Assembly: GCA_023920165.1 (NCBI GenBank)
Contig: CP089279.1
Span: forward strand, 434,001 to 498,000
DNA length: 64,000 bases
From: Curvularia clavata
Lineage: Eukaryota
Reading direction: 5' to 3'
Each line of letters opens with the position of its first letter. Position 1 is the stretch's first letter. The notes under the pieces are model-generated. The model was not told where the DNA came from. It saw only the letters and a program-made list of their open reading frames with translations, and searched no databases. A program made the translations under genes and the position numbers. This document shows positions 51,347 to 62,244 of the stretch, piece after piece.

Positions 51347-52240
51347 CTATGGCGTACCATTCGTCTCCGATTGAGGCTTACTCAACACCAATGGAGGTGG
51401 GCTTGTCGACGGATCTTGTCCAAAGTGGGGCGCTCTCAAATCATCGTCAGCGACCTGCTCGCCTGTGACAGGATGCTTGTAGTGGAATGGCACTACGCGA
51501 GTATCCGGCCAAAGCATCGGATGCTCACACAAGGCATCTGGACCGTAAGGATCTTCTGGGAATGTCTTTGAGAGAAATGGGATGTAATTAGGCTTGGTGT
51601 GTGCCCATCCTTTCTCGAACGTCGCATGCCAGAAGGGAAAGTATTTCAGTCGGAAGATCTTCCAAACGCCATCTTGTTTGATGTACTCGTTCTCGTATAT
51701 TCCACCTTCCCACCACTGTACTAGACCGCGAGGGTGCGTATCTTTGATGCTGTCGTGAGTACCAGCAGACATCATGCTGCGGAATCGGCCCTTTGCTCGA
51801 GTACCTTCGGCATCCACGTCAACTATGCCCTGCATTTGAGGATGATCGAGCAGAAAACCGTAGACGGGCCCGTTTCGCCCAGCTACGAATGATTTGGCAA
51901 ATCGTTCAACATAAAGGCGCTTGACGCCCTCTTTCCCATTGTAGCGTCCTCCAAGAAATTCGACGCAGGTATCAGGGTGGTCGGCGTAGAGATCGGCAAC
52001 CTATTGTGATAAGCCACTGAATTTTCTTCGCATTGCAGGCCCACCTACCTCTTTATAGAGGCACTTGTCAAGATAATAGCCATATGTGTATTGAAGTTTA
52101 CGAATGTCTTCTTGGTCTAGTTGTGGGATCAGCATCTTCTAAGCGTGAGTAGTGATTGGCGCAGCCCCACCACTCAGCCGCACTACCTGTGACTGCAGCT
52201 TCTCTACCATAGCCCTCAATTGCTCGATTTCGCTAGCCAT
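51347..52240 (-). CDS. NTF2-like/SnoaL_4 (LinA/BaiE/LdpA-like) enzyme, 263 aa; candidate gamma-formaldehyde lyase
   Basis: Exons 52171-52240, 52049-52116 and 51347-52000. LSDQEDIRKLQYTYGYYLDKCLYKEVADLY...LLDHPQMQGIVDVD...AKGRFRS...WWEGGIYENEYIKQDGVWKI. Confidence 0.8.
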
Positions 52241-52468
52241 GCTGTCACGAGTAGTTTTCAGAAATTCTTGGTTTATAGATTGGTCCTTCTCCATGTCAAG
52301 GCAGCTCATCACTTTTTAACTTCATTGATCCGGCACGAACCTAGCCACAATCCTACGAAGCTATTACCCCATTCTGTGGATAGTCGGGTATGGGGTAGCC
52401 TCCGTGCCGAATCCGCGAATAAAATAAGCTACGGAAACGGTGGTATAGTTGTGATGTGCTGAGAATAC

Positions 52469-52484
52469 CGGCTAGATACTACCG
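52469..52484. promoter_or_regulatory. Candidate Zn2Cys6 site CGG-N10-CCG in the divergent SnoaL/ALDH promoter
   Basis: CGG CTAGATACTA CCG, near the middle of the 496-bp intergenic region. Confidence 0.45.
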
Positions 52485-52736
52485 ATGGAACTATCCACAA
52501 CGGCCATGTGGAGCACAGCGGCAAGGAACGTCTTGTGGTGGGGTCATCCACCCACAAGACTCCCGCATTGCGCAGTAGCGTTTTTCCAAGAACCGCCACA
52601 ACCCTTGATCCTATAATATCTATTGAAGGAATATCTGAAATTGGTGTATTGCATTACAGCCCACATTCTGCCATCGAAGCCCAATCAACGCTTGTTCTGC
52701 ACAGAAGAGCGACATTATTGAACTCCGGACTTCAAC

Positions 52737-54525
52737 ATGGGTTTACCCGACAAGATCGAGACGCGCCTTTTCATCAACGGAGAGGTCGGTCTTCGGAAAA
52801 CACGAGCGCTGGATGCTCACGCTGACTACTGCGCAGTTTGTTGAGTCGTCGAATGGCAAGACGTTCGATATTGTCAATCCGTCGACATTGAAGCTTGTTG
52901 CTAAAGGTTACTCCTGTTGGATCCCTTAGGAAGACAACCCATTCTGACATTAGCACAGTTCACGAGGCATCTGAGCAAGACACGGACAATGCGGTAGCAG
53001 CCGCGAAAGCGGCGTTTCCTGCATGGTCCCAGCTATCTCCAGATCAAAGAGGCCAGTATTTCAAGAAGCTGGCAAAGCTTATCCGAGAGAACAATGATGA
53101 ACTAGCCGCACTGGAGGCGAGCTCGATGGGCCGCCCGGTGGGACAGTTCTTCGATGCACATATGGCCGCCGCAAAATGGGAGCGCTATGCGGAATGCGGA
53201 TACAATGTGCAAGGTGAGAGCCCTAGCATGCTATAGAATTACTGTACTGACTCTAGGCAGGCACCACCAGCGTACAGACTCCGGGTTTCGTTAACATGAC
53301 CATACGCCAACCATATGGCGTAGTTGCCGGGATCATTCCGTGGAACGTACCCCTGTTCTTCCTGTCGAGCAAACTTGCTCCAGCGCTGATTGTTGGAAAC
53401 ACCGTCGTTCTCAAAAGCTCTGAGAAGGCACCCTTGACTGTAGGTAAAGGATTCATTTCTGGTTTCAGAAGCTGATTGTGATAGTCTGCAAAAATCGCTT
53501 CTTTGGTACAACAAGCTGGATTCCCACCCGGTGTTATCAACATCATCACTGGCTTTGGAAATGTAAGTGGCTCAGTGCTGAGCCATCACATGGATGTTCG
53601 CGCTTTGTCATTCACTGGATCTAGCCGCACTGGAAGAATTATCCAAGAAGCTGCGGCCAAGTCCAATCTCAAGCAAGTTTACCTTGAGCTGGGTGGAAAG
53701 TCACCGGCAGTCATTTTTGAAGATGCCGACCTGGAGAAAGCAGTAAAGGAGACGGCGCACAGCATTCAGTGGAACAGCGGCCAGGTCTGCATGGCCAACT
53801 CGCGTATTTACGTCCAAAACACAGTGGCCGACAAGTACATTGAGCTGTTCAAGCAGTACTTTGAGAGTGAAGTCAAGATGGGAGATCCATTGGCCGCGCC
53901 ACAAGATGGGGTGAATCACGGTCCCCAAGCAGATGGGGCACAACACAAGACGGTCCTCGCGTACTTGGAGTCTGGAAAGCAGTCCGGCGGAGAACTGATT
54001 ACTGGTGGCGGCGCGCCTCCGGGCCGCGAGGGCTACTTCATCCAGCCCACCATTTTCAAAAACACGCCCGAAGATGCCAAGATTATGAAAGAAGAGATTT
54101 TTGGCCCAGTGGTCAACATCAACGTCTTCAATTCGGAGGATGAGGCTCTTGCAAAAGCCAACGCGTCTGAGTGCGTTTCACCCGCCCTTGATAAGACGAC
54201 ATGAGACAGGCTGACTAATTTCTTACAACTCAGGTTTGGACTGTATGCCTCGGTATACACCAAGAACATTGACCGGGCGCTGCGCTTCGCCAAGGGGCTA
54301 GAGGCTGGAACCGTCGGCGTCAATTGCACCTCACCAGGTAAGGGCTCGATCTGTTTCTTGTTGTTTTCCTAAATCAACGAGACGGTAGCTGATGTAAAGG
54401 CAGTGACGGCCACCGACATGCCATTTGGCGGATACAAGTCATCTGGGTCGGGTCGTGAAGGAGAGCCTTTGTACTCACTCGACAACTTTCTTGAGACAAA
54501 GACGGTGTTGATGAAGATAGGGTGA
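52737..54525 (+). CDS. NAD(P)+-dependent aldehyde dehydrogenase, 487 aa
   Basis: Introns 52785-52836, 52907-52958, 53214-53260, 53440-53484, 54171-54233, 54338-54403. [24 protein letters not shown] (Glu), NSGQVC (Cys), [16 protein letters not shown]. Confidence 0.93.
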
Positions 54526-54893
54526 TGGGACGGCAGTGGCAGGACGGCAGTGGTGGTGTAGCTGCAAGGCAGGATGAGATGATATGTTCGTGGGGGGGAG
54601 AGGGGGGGGAGGCGCTAAGCTGTTCTGGGCCGAGGATTTGATTAGCCGATCGGCAAGCCCTGCAAGGTGGCTTTGCGTGAGCGCACACCCAACGAACCAC
54701 GTCCCCAGCAGATCCCCCATCCCCCATCCCCCACTAGAAATGGAGTCCCTTCCCTTCTGTCCTCTCCACTGCTGCAACGGGCGCCATGCTCCGTGATCTC
54801 ATTCAGGACTGCTGCAAGTGTGCCGGATGAGCTGCATTGCGTCGATACTAGTGTCATCTGATTTGGCCGGGCTATCGCGGCCCTCGGATCGAT

Positions 54894-57329
54894 ATGGCCG
54901 AGTTCTCTGCCGCCCCGCCCCAGCCTCAGCTGCCTCGAGCACCCAACAGCAGAGCTCCCAACGCCCATCGCGTGCACAGCAGCTGTGATCGCTGCCGGAG
55001 TAGGAAAACCAAAGTACGTACGCTGATTTTTCTGCCGGCTTTCCGTCTGTCCGTCCATCTGCGTCCTAATCCTAGTGCCAAGCAACTAACCATGACTTGA
55101 CATAGTGCATCGATCCCAGTACGACTCTTACTCTCCTCCCTCTTCTTAATGACGACGACTCGATCATCTGCTGCTGACACGCTTGCCTAGTTCCCGGGCC
55201 ATGTCGTTATTGTGCCCGCACAGGCGCCGTTTGCACCATTGCCACGCCCAGGAGGAAGCGGCCCTACTACCATGTGACCGAAGAGGAGTATCAATGTGCC
55301 ATGCGCATCCTCGAGCACTTCTTCCCTGGCCGTGAACTCAATCTTCAATCTCTTCGTACCATTGCCAAAGCCATCAAAGATGGCACCTTCCAAGCTGAGC
55401 CCATTTTGCACACCGAAGCTCTCTTTGCCACCACCCATGCCTCGCCCGAAGACGGAGACAGTGTCGACAATGGCGAGGAGCAAGATGTCCAAGAGCTGCA
55501 TGAGCCACTCGGCTGTATGATGAAAGACTCGCTTGGCAAGTTTCGCTATGTCGGAGCCCATAGTGAGATACCCTTTAATGCTGCTGTGGCCACCTTGGGC
55601 ATGCAAAGAAAGGACCCTTCCATCATTCCCACACCAAAAGTGGGGGCGTATCCACCTACGCTTCCTGTCGCATCCCCCTCTACTGACTCGGGCGCTGAAG
55701 AAAGTTACTACCTCCCCAGCCGTCAACTGTGTGACATTTATATTTCTCGCTTCCTCGAAGATGTCCATTGTACCTACTGGCTTTACCCAGTCGAAGCATT
55801 GCTACACCGAGTGGACAACACGTACTCAGAATCAGCGCCGTCTTCATCCAGCTCTTGGATGTGCTCTTTATATACCATCTTCGCTATCGGAGCAGCCAAC
55901 TATGCAGGAGCCAATGGCAACTCCCCGCCGCCAGACTGGCCGGCAGCTTTGGATACAAAAACATCAGAGGACTACCTTGCACTTGCAAAACAGCTCATCC
56001 CCACAGTGTACGATGAAGCCGACATAGACAGTATACGCGCAATGGCCATCATGGTAATGTCATGTCGTGCGCCGTGTGGCGTGTAATCTAGCTGACAATC
56101 GTGCAGTCTCTCGCAATGGAGAACCTTTGCTCTAGAGTTAGCGCCTACTTGTACATGGGCGCTAGTGTACAAATGGCCTTCTCGCTAGGTCTGCACCGTG
56201 ACCAAGTCGCCGAGTCAGCTACCGCACTTGATCGCGAAGAGCAACGCAGGATCTGGTGGACTCTCTTTCAGCTCGACCAAGAGATCTCCTCACGAGGTGG
56301 TAGCCCAACTGTCATAGATGAGCGTTTCACCAAGGTTACTACGCCTATGCCATCTGAGCAGGTACGATGTCCACCTTCGTCTTGAATTTCCATACACTGA
56401 CGCATTTCGAGGTTGTCTATCCGGGTCTGCACACACCTCTTTCGTGGATGGCCACATCAGTGTCACTGTGTCGCCTCAAGCGCGAGATCATTCAAGCAGT
56501 CTACATGGAACGCGCATCAAACTCTATTTCTTTCTCGACAGTCTCCAATTCACTCCTTTTGTTACAGAAATGGCATCGTCAAATGCCGGCACATCTGAAA
56601 TTTGATGTACCTGCACCGCCAACATACAGGCGCGCAATCGCCGTGCTGCACCTACAACACTGGAGCACTGTCATTCTCTTGACTCGGCCCTTTCTTCTCT
56701 ATCTGGTCATCAGATATGGCGCACTCGCGTCAAGCAAAAAAATATGGTTTGAGCGTATGGGAAAGACGTGCATAGACGCCGCACAGAAAAGTGTTACCAT
56801 TTTGACACAGATGAGCAGTACCGGCACACTCTCCAGTTTGACTGCTTTCGACAGTACATGCATTTTGCGACTAATCATAATCTTCATTCTAGCCTACTCT
56901 CATACCAGACTGTCGCAGTACAGTGAGCAAATATGGAGCTTGATGAAGCTCATCAATGGCATGGAACAGATTGGCTTCACCAAGATGGTGTCGCAGGAAA
57001 CTCCTTTGCGCCTAGCCGAGTTGGGTGTACCAGAGCACCCTCAAGACAACGTTGGTGATAACCACGCGCCTATTCACTTGGACGATGCCACAATTGCCCA
57101 GCTGTGGGGCAACTGGGACCCGTGAGTTTGTACGCTGCAGATCCATGTTCATAACTAACACTTGGCCAGCAATTTCATGACTCCGTTACAGACGCAGCAA
57201 AGTCTGGATCTTACCTTTGATGACTCGGGCGCTTTCGACATCAACACTGAAATTCTCGCATTTACCAACCTGGATGATTCTATCGCAATTGATCCTTCGC
57301 ATGCCTACCCGCAGTACGGGGTACAATAA
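54894..57329 (+). CDS. Zn(II)2Cys6 transcription factor with fungal middle-homology (Fungal_trans) domain, 706 aa
   Basis: Exons 54894-55013, 55106-55118, 55191-56053, 56107-56361, 56412-57121 and 57170-57329. CDRCRSRKTKCIDPIPGPCRYCARTGAVC; AFSLGLHR...RRIWWTLFQLD. Confidence 0.9.
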
Positions 57330-58319
57330 CGCTTTTTCCCCACCCATTGAGTGTTTGCGACGAGATACGACGTTGATTTTCATGGCCACGGACAATGCCA
57401 GAGACACGTCGTGGACGGAGATGAAGACAGATTGGCCTGCACTGGACTATGCAACGCATCCGTGAGAACATCTATGGTTTCTATTTTGACACATGACTGT
57501 ACGCCAAAACATCATCTTCCAGCGTCTTAGACCGCTTCTGGTCCAGAGAGTTGGAACTCAAACACTGCAGAATCGGAAAAGGGGCAGCATTAAGAGGGCT
57601 GGCCCATATACACATGGAGCCAACTCGAGCAAAGCTACATGTGGTCCACACTGGGATGAACTCTATATTACAGATTCAGTCAAATTGTGATTAGCCACGA
57701 CAGGATACTATGACAGTGGACGACGGGAGCGTGGATGGACGCAATTGCCAGCTTGGGAAATTGAATCCAACAAGCGGCTTGTGAACACAAACATCTACAT
57801 AAGTAGAACTTTTCGATATTGGCAACATAACTTATCTCCTAAATAACATCTTCAATTTAACTTTCGATTTCATCTTCCAACTTTGTATCGGTGACTAGGA
57901 TTGAAGGGGATTGGAACATGGAAGAATTTTACGTGAATACAACTTGTGTGGGCAGTCAGGAAGTCAAATAGTTGCGCAATGAGAAGAATATCGTTATTGA
58001 AAAAAACAGCAACGGTATGTTCTGGCCAACCAAAGCAACCTGGATTTGAAGACGTTGCGTGACACATGCAGTAGTTTGGGGCAAAGCTAGCTCTTCTTGG
58101 ACACGAATTTCGAGGGCATCTCCTCTCTGACAAGAAGAGACGTAAAAAAACAGTAGTCTTGCACTTGATAACATTCTTAGAACTCCTTCTAAACGCCATA
58201 GCAATGCTCTGGAATTATCCTAACAACAGCATACCAAGAGCACCTCCTGTAAACGCCTATTTAATCCCTGATTCCTACCGAATCCGAAGCTCTTTGTCAA
58301 ATGCTTTCTTGCCGCCCTC

Positions 58320-60385
58320 TTAAACCAAAAGCATCGCAGCAACCAGCCCAACAGCCATCAGCATGCTCTCCCACCTGACGCTCAGTATCCCTGCACCACC
58401 TCTGGCATTGAGCTTGACCACCGCGCCTGGAAAGCTGCACGTCAATCTATTAGGATCCGGATCCCTCCTCCCATACATGAGATCTCTCTGCGGTCCATCC
58501 GGACATCCAAAGTTCAGCTTAGCAGGACAACTGCGCACAATGTCAAAGCATATGTCCTCACAAGGTTTCATCTCCTTGTAAGGACCAGGCTTGATAACCT
58601 CGTCGATGAGCGGGTTGCGAGATTGCGTGTAAGCAACCGTCTCGGGGAAGGTGTCGTTGAATTGCAACGAGAGTCCATCTCGGGAAGGTATTGAACCGTT
58701 TTTAAATGGGGCGTTGATGTTGCGGAGTTGTAGGTTTTCGTCGGTTGCTGTCCAATCTTCGCAGCGGGGGATGAGGACCATGCAAAGCCAGTTTTTGTAA
58801 TCTCTCTCGCAGTCTTTGCATGTTCGGGCAAGCGAATACTGCGATTCTGGCTTGGCGTCACATGCGACTTGGGCTAGGGAATTGGTAAAGTTGGTGTAGT
58901 AGGCGCGAGCTTGGTTGTCGTAGATTTCTGCGAGGGCGGTGTCGTTGAATTTGAAGGTGGAGTTGGAGGGCACGGCGTAGGCGACAGAGTCGCAGAAGTC
59001 GAGATCGAAGATCACTTGACAGGAGTCATCTGAGCATTTAGTTAGTATGGTCTTTGAAGGCAAGAAGTGTACCGTCGTTTCGTACCCGCTTTAGTGGTCC
59101 AGTTGAAGGCTTGGAAGACTCGTCCGCCACCCCTCGTCGTACCGGCACCTGGGATATATTGGGGGTCTTGACTTCCTTCGATGACAACAAACCCATTGTA
59201 CGTTGTTGCTGCTTCCAGGCCCCTGACGTGAAACTGATTCTTTGGATAGTTGTCTCCTGGGAATCTCCCAAACTTTGTAGTGATCCTACTGTCGATAGTA
59301 AAGTTTCTGGTCGTATTCACGTTGAATTGGTCTTTGATGGCGCAATATGAGCGCTCCATGCCTGTAATCGGGGCGTATTCACCCGCCTTGAACGCATACA
59401 TCTGAAACGGATTCTGCTCTTTCCACTTGTCGACGGCCTCGGTTGTATTCGAATCACCCAGATCGTAGCTGATGAACAACGCAGACTCGCTGTCGGTGTC
59501 AATCATGTACAAGAACGGGTCTGATGCGTTGTAATTGTGGTAGGGACCATCGGTACTGGCAGCAAGCTCAAAGTGCCAACTTCCAAACCAGTCATCTTCA
59601 AGTTTAGGTGCTGAAATGCCGATGTATACGTCAGAAGTAGTGTTGAACTCAAAACTGGCATACCCGCTGTTGAAAAGACCAGTCGTAAGATTCGTGATTG
59701 TATGCTCGGTAGCGCCTGGCCCGGGTTTCTTGTTCTCGGGTGAAGTCGACACGTACATGACTAGTTGGGGGTGGTTTTTGGATGCTTCAGTCGAGTTTCC
59801 GTTAGGTACAGGCTGCTTGCAGGTGTTGGCTGTGAGCCATACCCGAGTGCCTGCAGCCTGTCGCTTGCTCAGCCCCTCACTAGTTCCGTCAACGGTATCA
59901 TCATGCGCTTCTGCCATGCCTTGTCTTTCAACGCTGGTATCGTATGACGTGTTTTCTGTTCCTCGTGCTTCCAGCGCATCTTCGGGAACGTCAGCGAGTT
60001 GGCGTGAACGCAGCTGACTCTTCTCCAGCACAAAGTGTATCGTATTCTCAGGGTCAATATCCCTCTCCATCTTCTGATTGTTCACCAACCTATCCATGTC
60101 CTGCACCTGTCGTCCGATCAGGCTTCGATCGATAAGGCCGAACTCAGGCTCATAGCCCTCGCCCTCTCCTCGGTCGTAAATAGCATCCTCGATATGCGAC
60201 AAGGCATCGCCTGCGAGCGCATGCAATACGGGGGTATCAGGAAGGTCGGTATCCGGAGTGTCGAGGACTTCGGCGTGTGCGAATAAACGTGGCGTGAAAG
60301 ATGTCCATATTGTGAGACAAGAGACTGCAGCGAGGAGGTGTAGGAGCAGTCTCAAGTGTAGAGACGAAGGCTTCGGGCGTTGCAT
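58320..60385 (-). CDS. MID1: Mid1, subunit of the Cch1/Mid1 high-affinity Ca2+ channel
   Basis: Intron 59030-59085. Signal peptide, VWLTANTCKQP, CQVIFDLDFCDSVAYAVPSN, YKNWLC..IPRC, GPYKEMKPC, hydrophobic C-terminus. Confidence 0.92.
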
Positions 60386-60990
60386 TGCCCTCTACGCTAG
60401 GTTATCGATAGAGCAGGGAAGGCATGAGGTGTCGGTTGGGCGCAAAGGGTGCGCAGCGAAGAAAACGGGTCTCAGACAATCGCAGGCGTAGGAGAAAGCG
60501 ATTGACACGACGGGGAGAGGTTTGGGGCTAGAGAAGAGCCAAAAGAAGGGATTGGTGGAGGTGCTGATTGTCAGACGTTAGGAATATGCACCGCCTCTCG
60601 GAAGGCCACCGTTGTGGCTGATCCATGCCAAGACATGTGGCTCCCCGTATCCGATCCATGCACCGTCTCATAATCCGCATGGTATCTGGTCATCAGTATG
60701 TCAATATCCCGCTGCTAGTCAGGGAAACCCCTATGCGATATCGATGCAAAGCTCTGTGAACACAATGTGTCATTTTGAGGAAAACGATATAAGATCAACC
60801 ATAACCTTGTATAGTCAACCAGTGTATTGTTTTGAATTCCCCACAGGGGATTCATGAAGAAGTTCAATATATACAGTTCGCAATCTATGTACAAATTCAT
60901 ATCTACATTCCTCTAGTTCTGCTGTAAAAACCATCCGCCGGAAACGTGTCGCCTCAACAGGATAGCTAGTTTGCCCAAAGAACAGTTGCT

Positions 60991-62244
60991 TTAAGCAAGA
61001 GGAGGGTTAGCGTTCTTGAGAAGCATCTCAAAGTAAGCCTGGAACCAGGTTCCAGCCTCAGGAGCAGGCTTGAAGGCGCTGTTACGGCCGCAGTGAGCAT
61101 CGTAGCGAGCAGCAGAGGTGTCGGAGGTGCCGTCAGACTGCGAATGAGTTAGCGATTGTAAACATAATGTTCGTTTCATGAAAATAGCACTTACCTCGCC
61201 ACCGGGCTTGACCCAGACAATAGCATCAATGAGGCTGTTACCAGTGTTTGTGGTCGGCCTGGTACCGAAACCAGCACCCGAGACGTTGCACCAGTCGCCC
61301 CACTCCTGCTGAGCTGTAGGTACCTTGCCAGAGCGTCCTTGGTCAACGATGAAGTGAGCTGGGAAACCTTCGGCCTTGAGGAGAGGGGCGAAAGCGTTGA
61401 TGTAACGCTCCTCGTCACAGTTCTTGTTTCCTTGGGTGATGGAAGGGCAAGTGGAGACACGTAAGGCGTTGTAGTTGCTGACGTTGGTGACGATACCACG
61501 GACAGCGCGGGGAGAGCCAGCAGCCTTGTAAACTTCGGCAAAGAGCTTTGCGGCAGGGCCGATGTTGGCGTCCCATCCCAACCAACCAGCGTGGCCACCG
61601 TCGAGGTACATGTCGACGTTGTTGAAGTTAAGCGTCTTGAGGGCGTAGGCGGTGAGTTCCTTGTAGTAGGGAGCAGCACGCGAGCACTTCTGTACGCCCA
61701 TGTTTGTGACCATGTTGGCAAGGGAGTCTGGCTCAATGGCCAAGTTGATCTTGACATCGGGGTACTTCTTGATGATAGCCGCAATCTTATCGATGTACTG
61801 AGTCTTGTACTTCTCGACACCACCTTCGTCGATCTTCAGCTCACCGTTGGATGCCAGAGCAGCGCAGTCACGGTCGGGCAGATCGTACACAACGAAAGTT
61901 CCCATGAGGTTTGCGCCCGCGGCATTCTTGGCCTTGATGTCGGCAAGGTAAGTGTCCATGAGAGGTACTTTGGCCATGGTGTCCATCCAGACGAATGAGC
62001 CAACCTTAGCCACTGCAGTAGCAGCAGGCTTCAGCGAGGCCGCAAGCGAGGGCATGGCCAGGGTGTGGACCTCAGACGAATAGTAAGGGTTCGCATAGAA
62101 GTTCTTGCCTGCGAAAGGATTGCCAGAGGCGACAGCAGTCGTTGCGGGAGCAGAGCTGGTGGCCGTCGGCCTGCCCGTGGCTTGCGGTAGAGCCTGAGCC
62201 ATGCCGGCTGCGAGCACAGCGGTAAGGAGAACGTTGGAAACCAT
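60991..62244 (-). CDS. GH6 cellobiohydrolase II without CBM1, 398 aa
   Basis: In-frame intron 61138-61194. GNPF, ANPYYSSEV, VYDLPDRDCAALASNGE, IEPDSLAN, DGGHAGWLGW, WGDWCN, KPGGESDGTS. Confidence 0.95.
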   Translation of the reverse strand: MVSNVLLTAVLAAGMAQALPQATGRPTATSSAPATTAVASGNPFAGKNFYANPYYSSEVHTLAMPSLAASLKPAATAVAKVGSFVWMDTMAKVPLMDTYLADIKAKNAAGANLMGTFVVYDLPDRDCAALASNGELKIDEGGVEKYKTQYIDKIAAIIKKYPDVKINLAIEPDSLANMVTNMGVQKCSRAAPYYKELTAYALKTLNFNNVDMYLDGGHAGWLGWDANIGPAAKLFAEVYKAAGSPRAVRGIVTNVSNYNALRVSTCPSITQGNKNCDEERYINAFAPLLKAEGFPAHFIVDQGRSGKVPTAQQEWGDWCNVSGAGFGTRPTTNTGNSLIDAIVWVKPGGEVSAIFMKRTLCLQSLTHSQSDGTSDTSAARYDAHCGRNSAFKPAPEAGTWFQAYFEMLLKNANPPLA

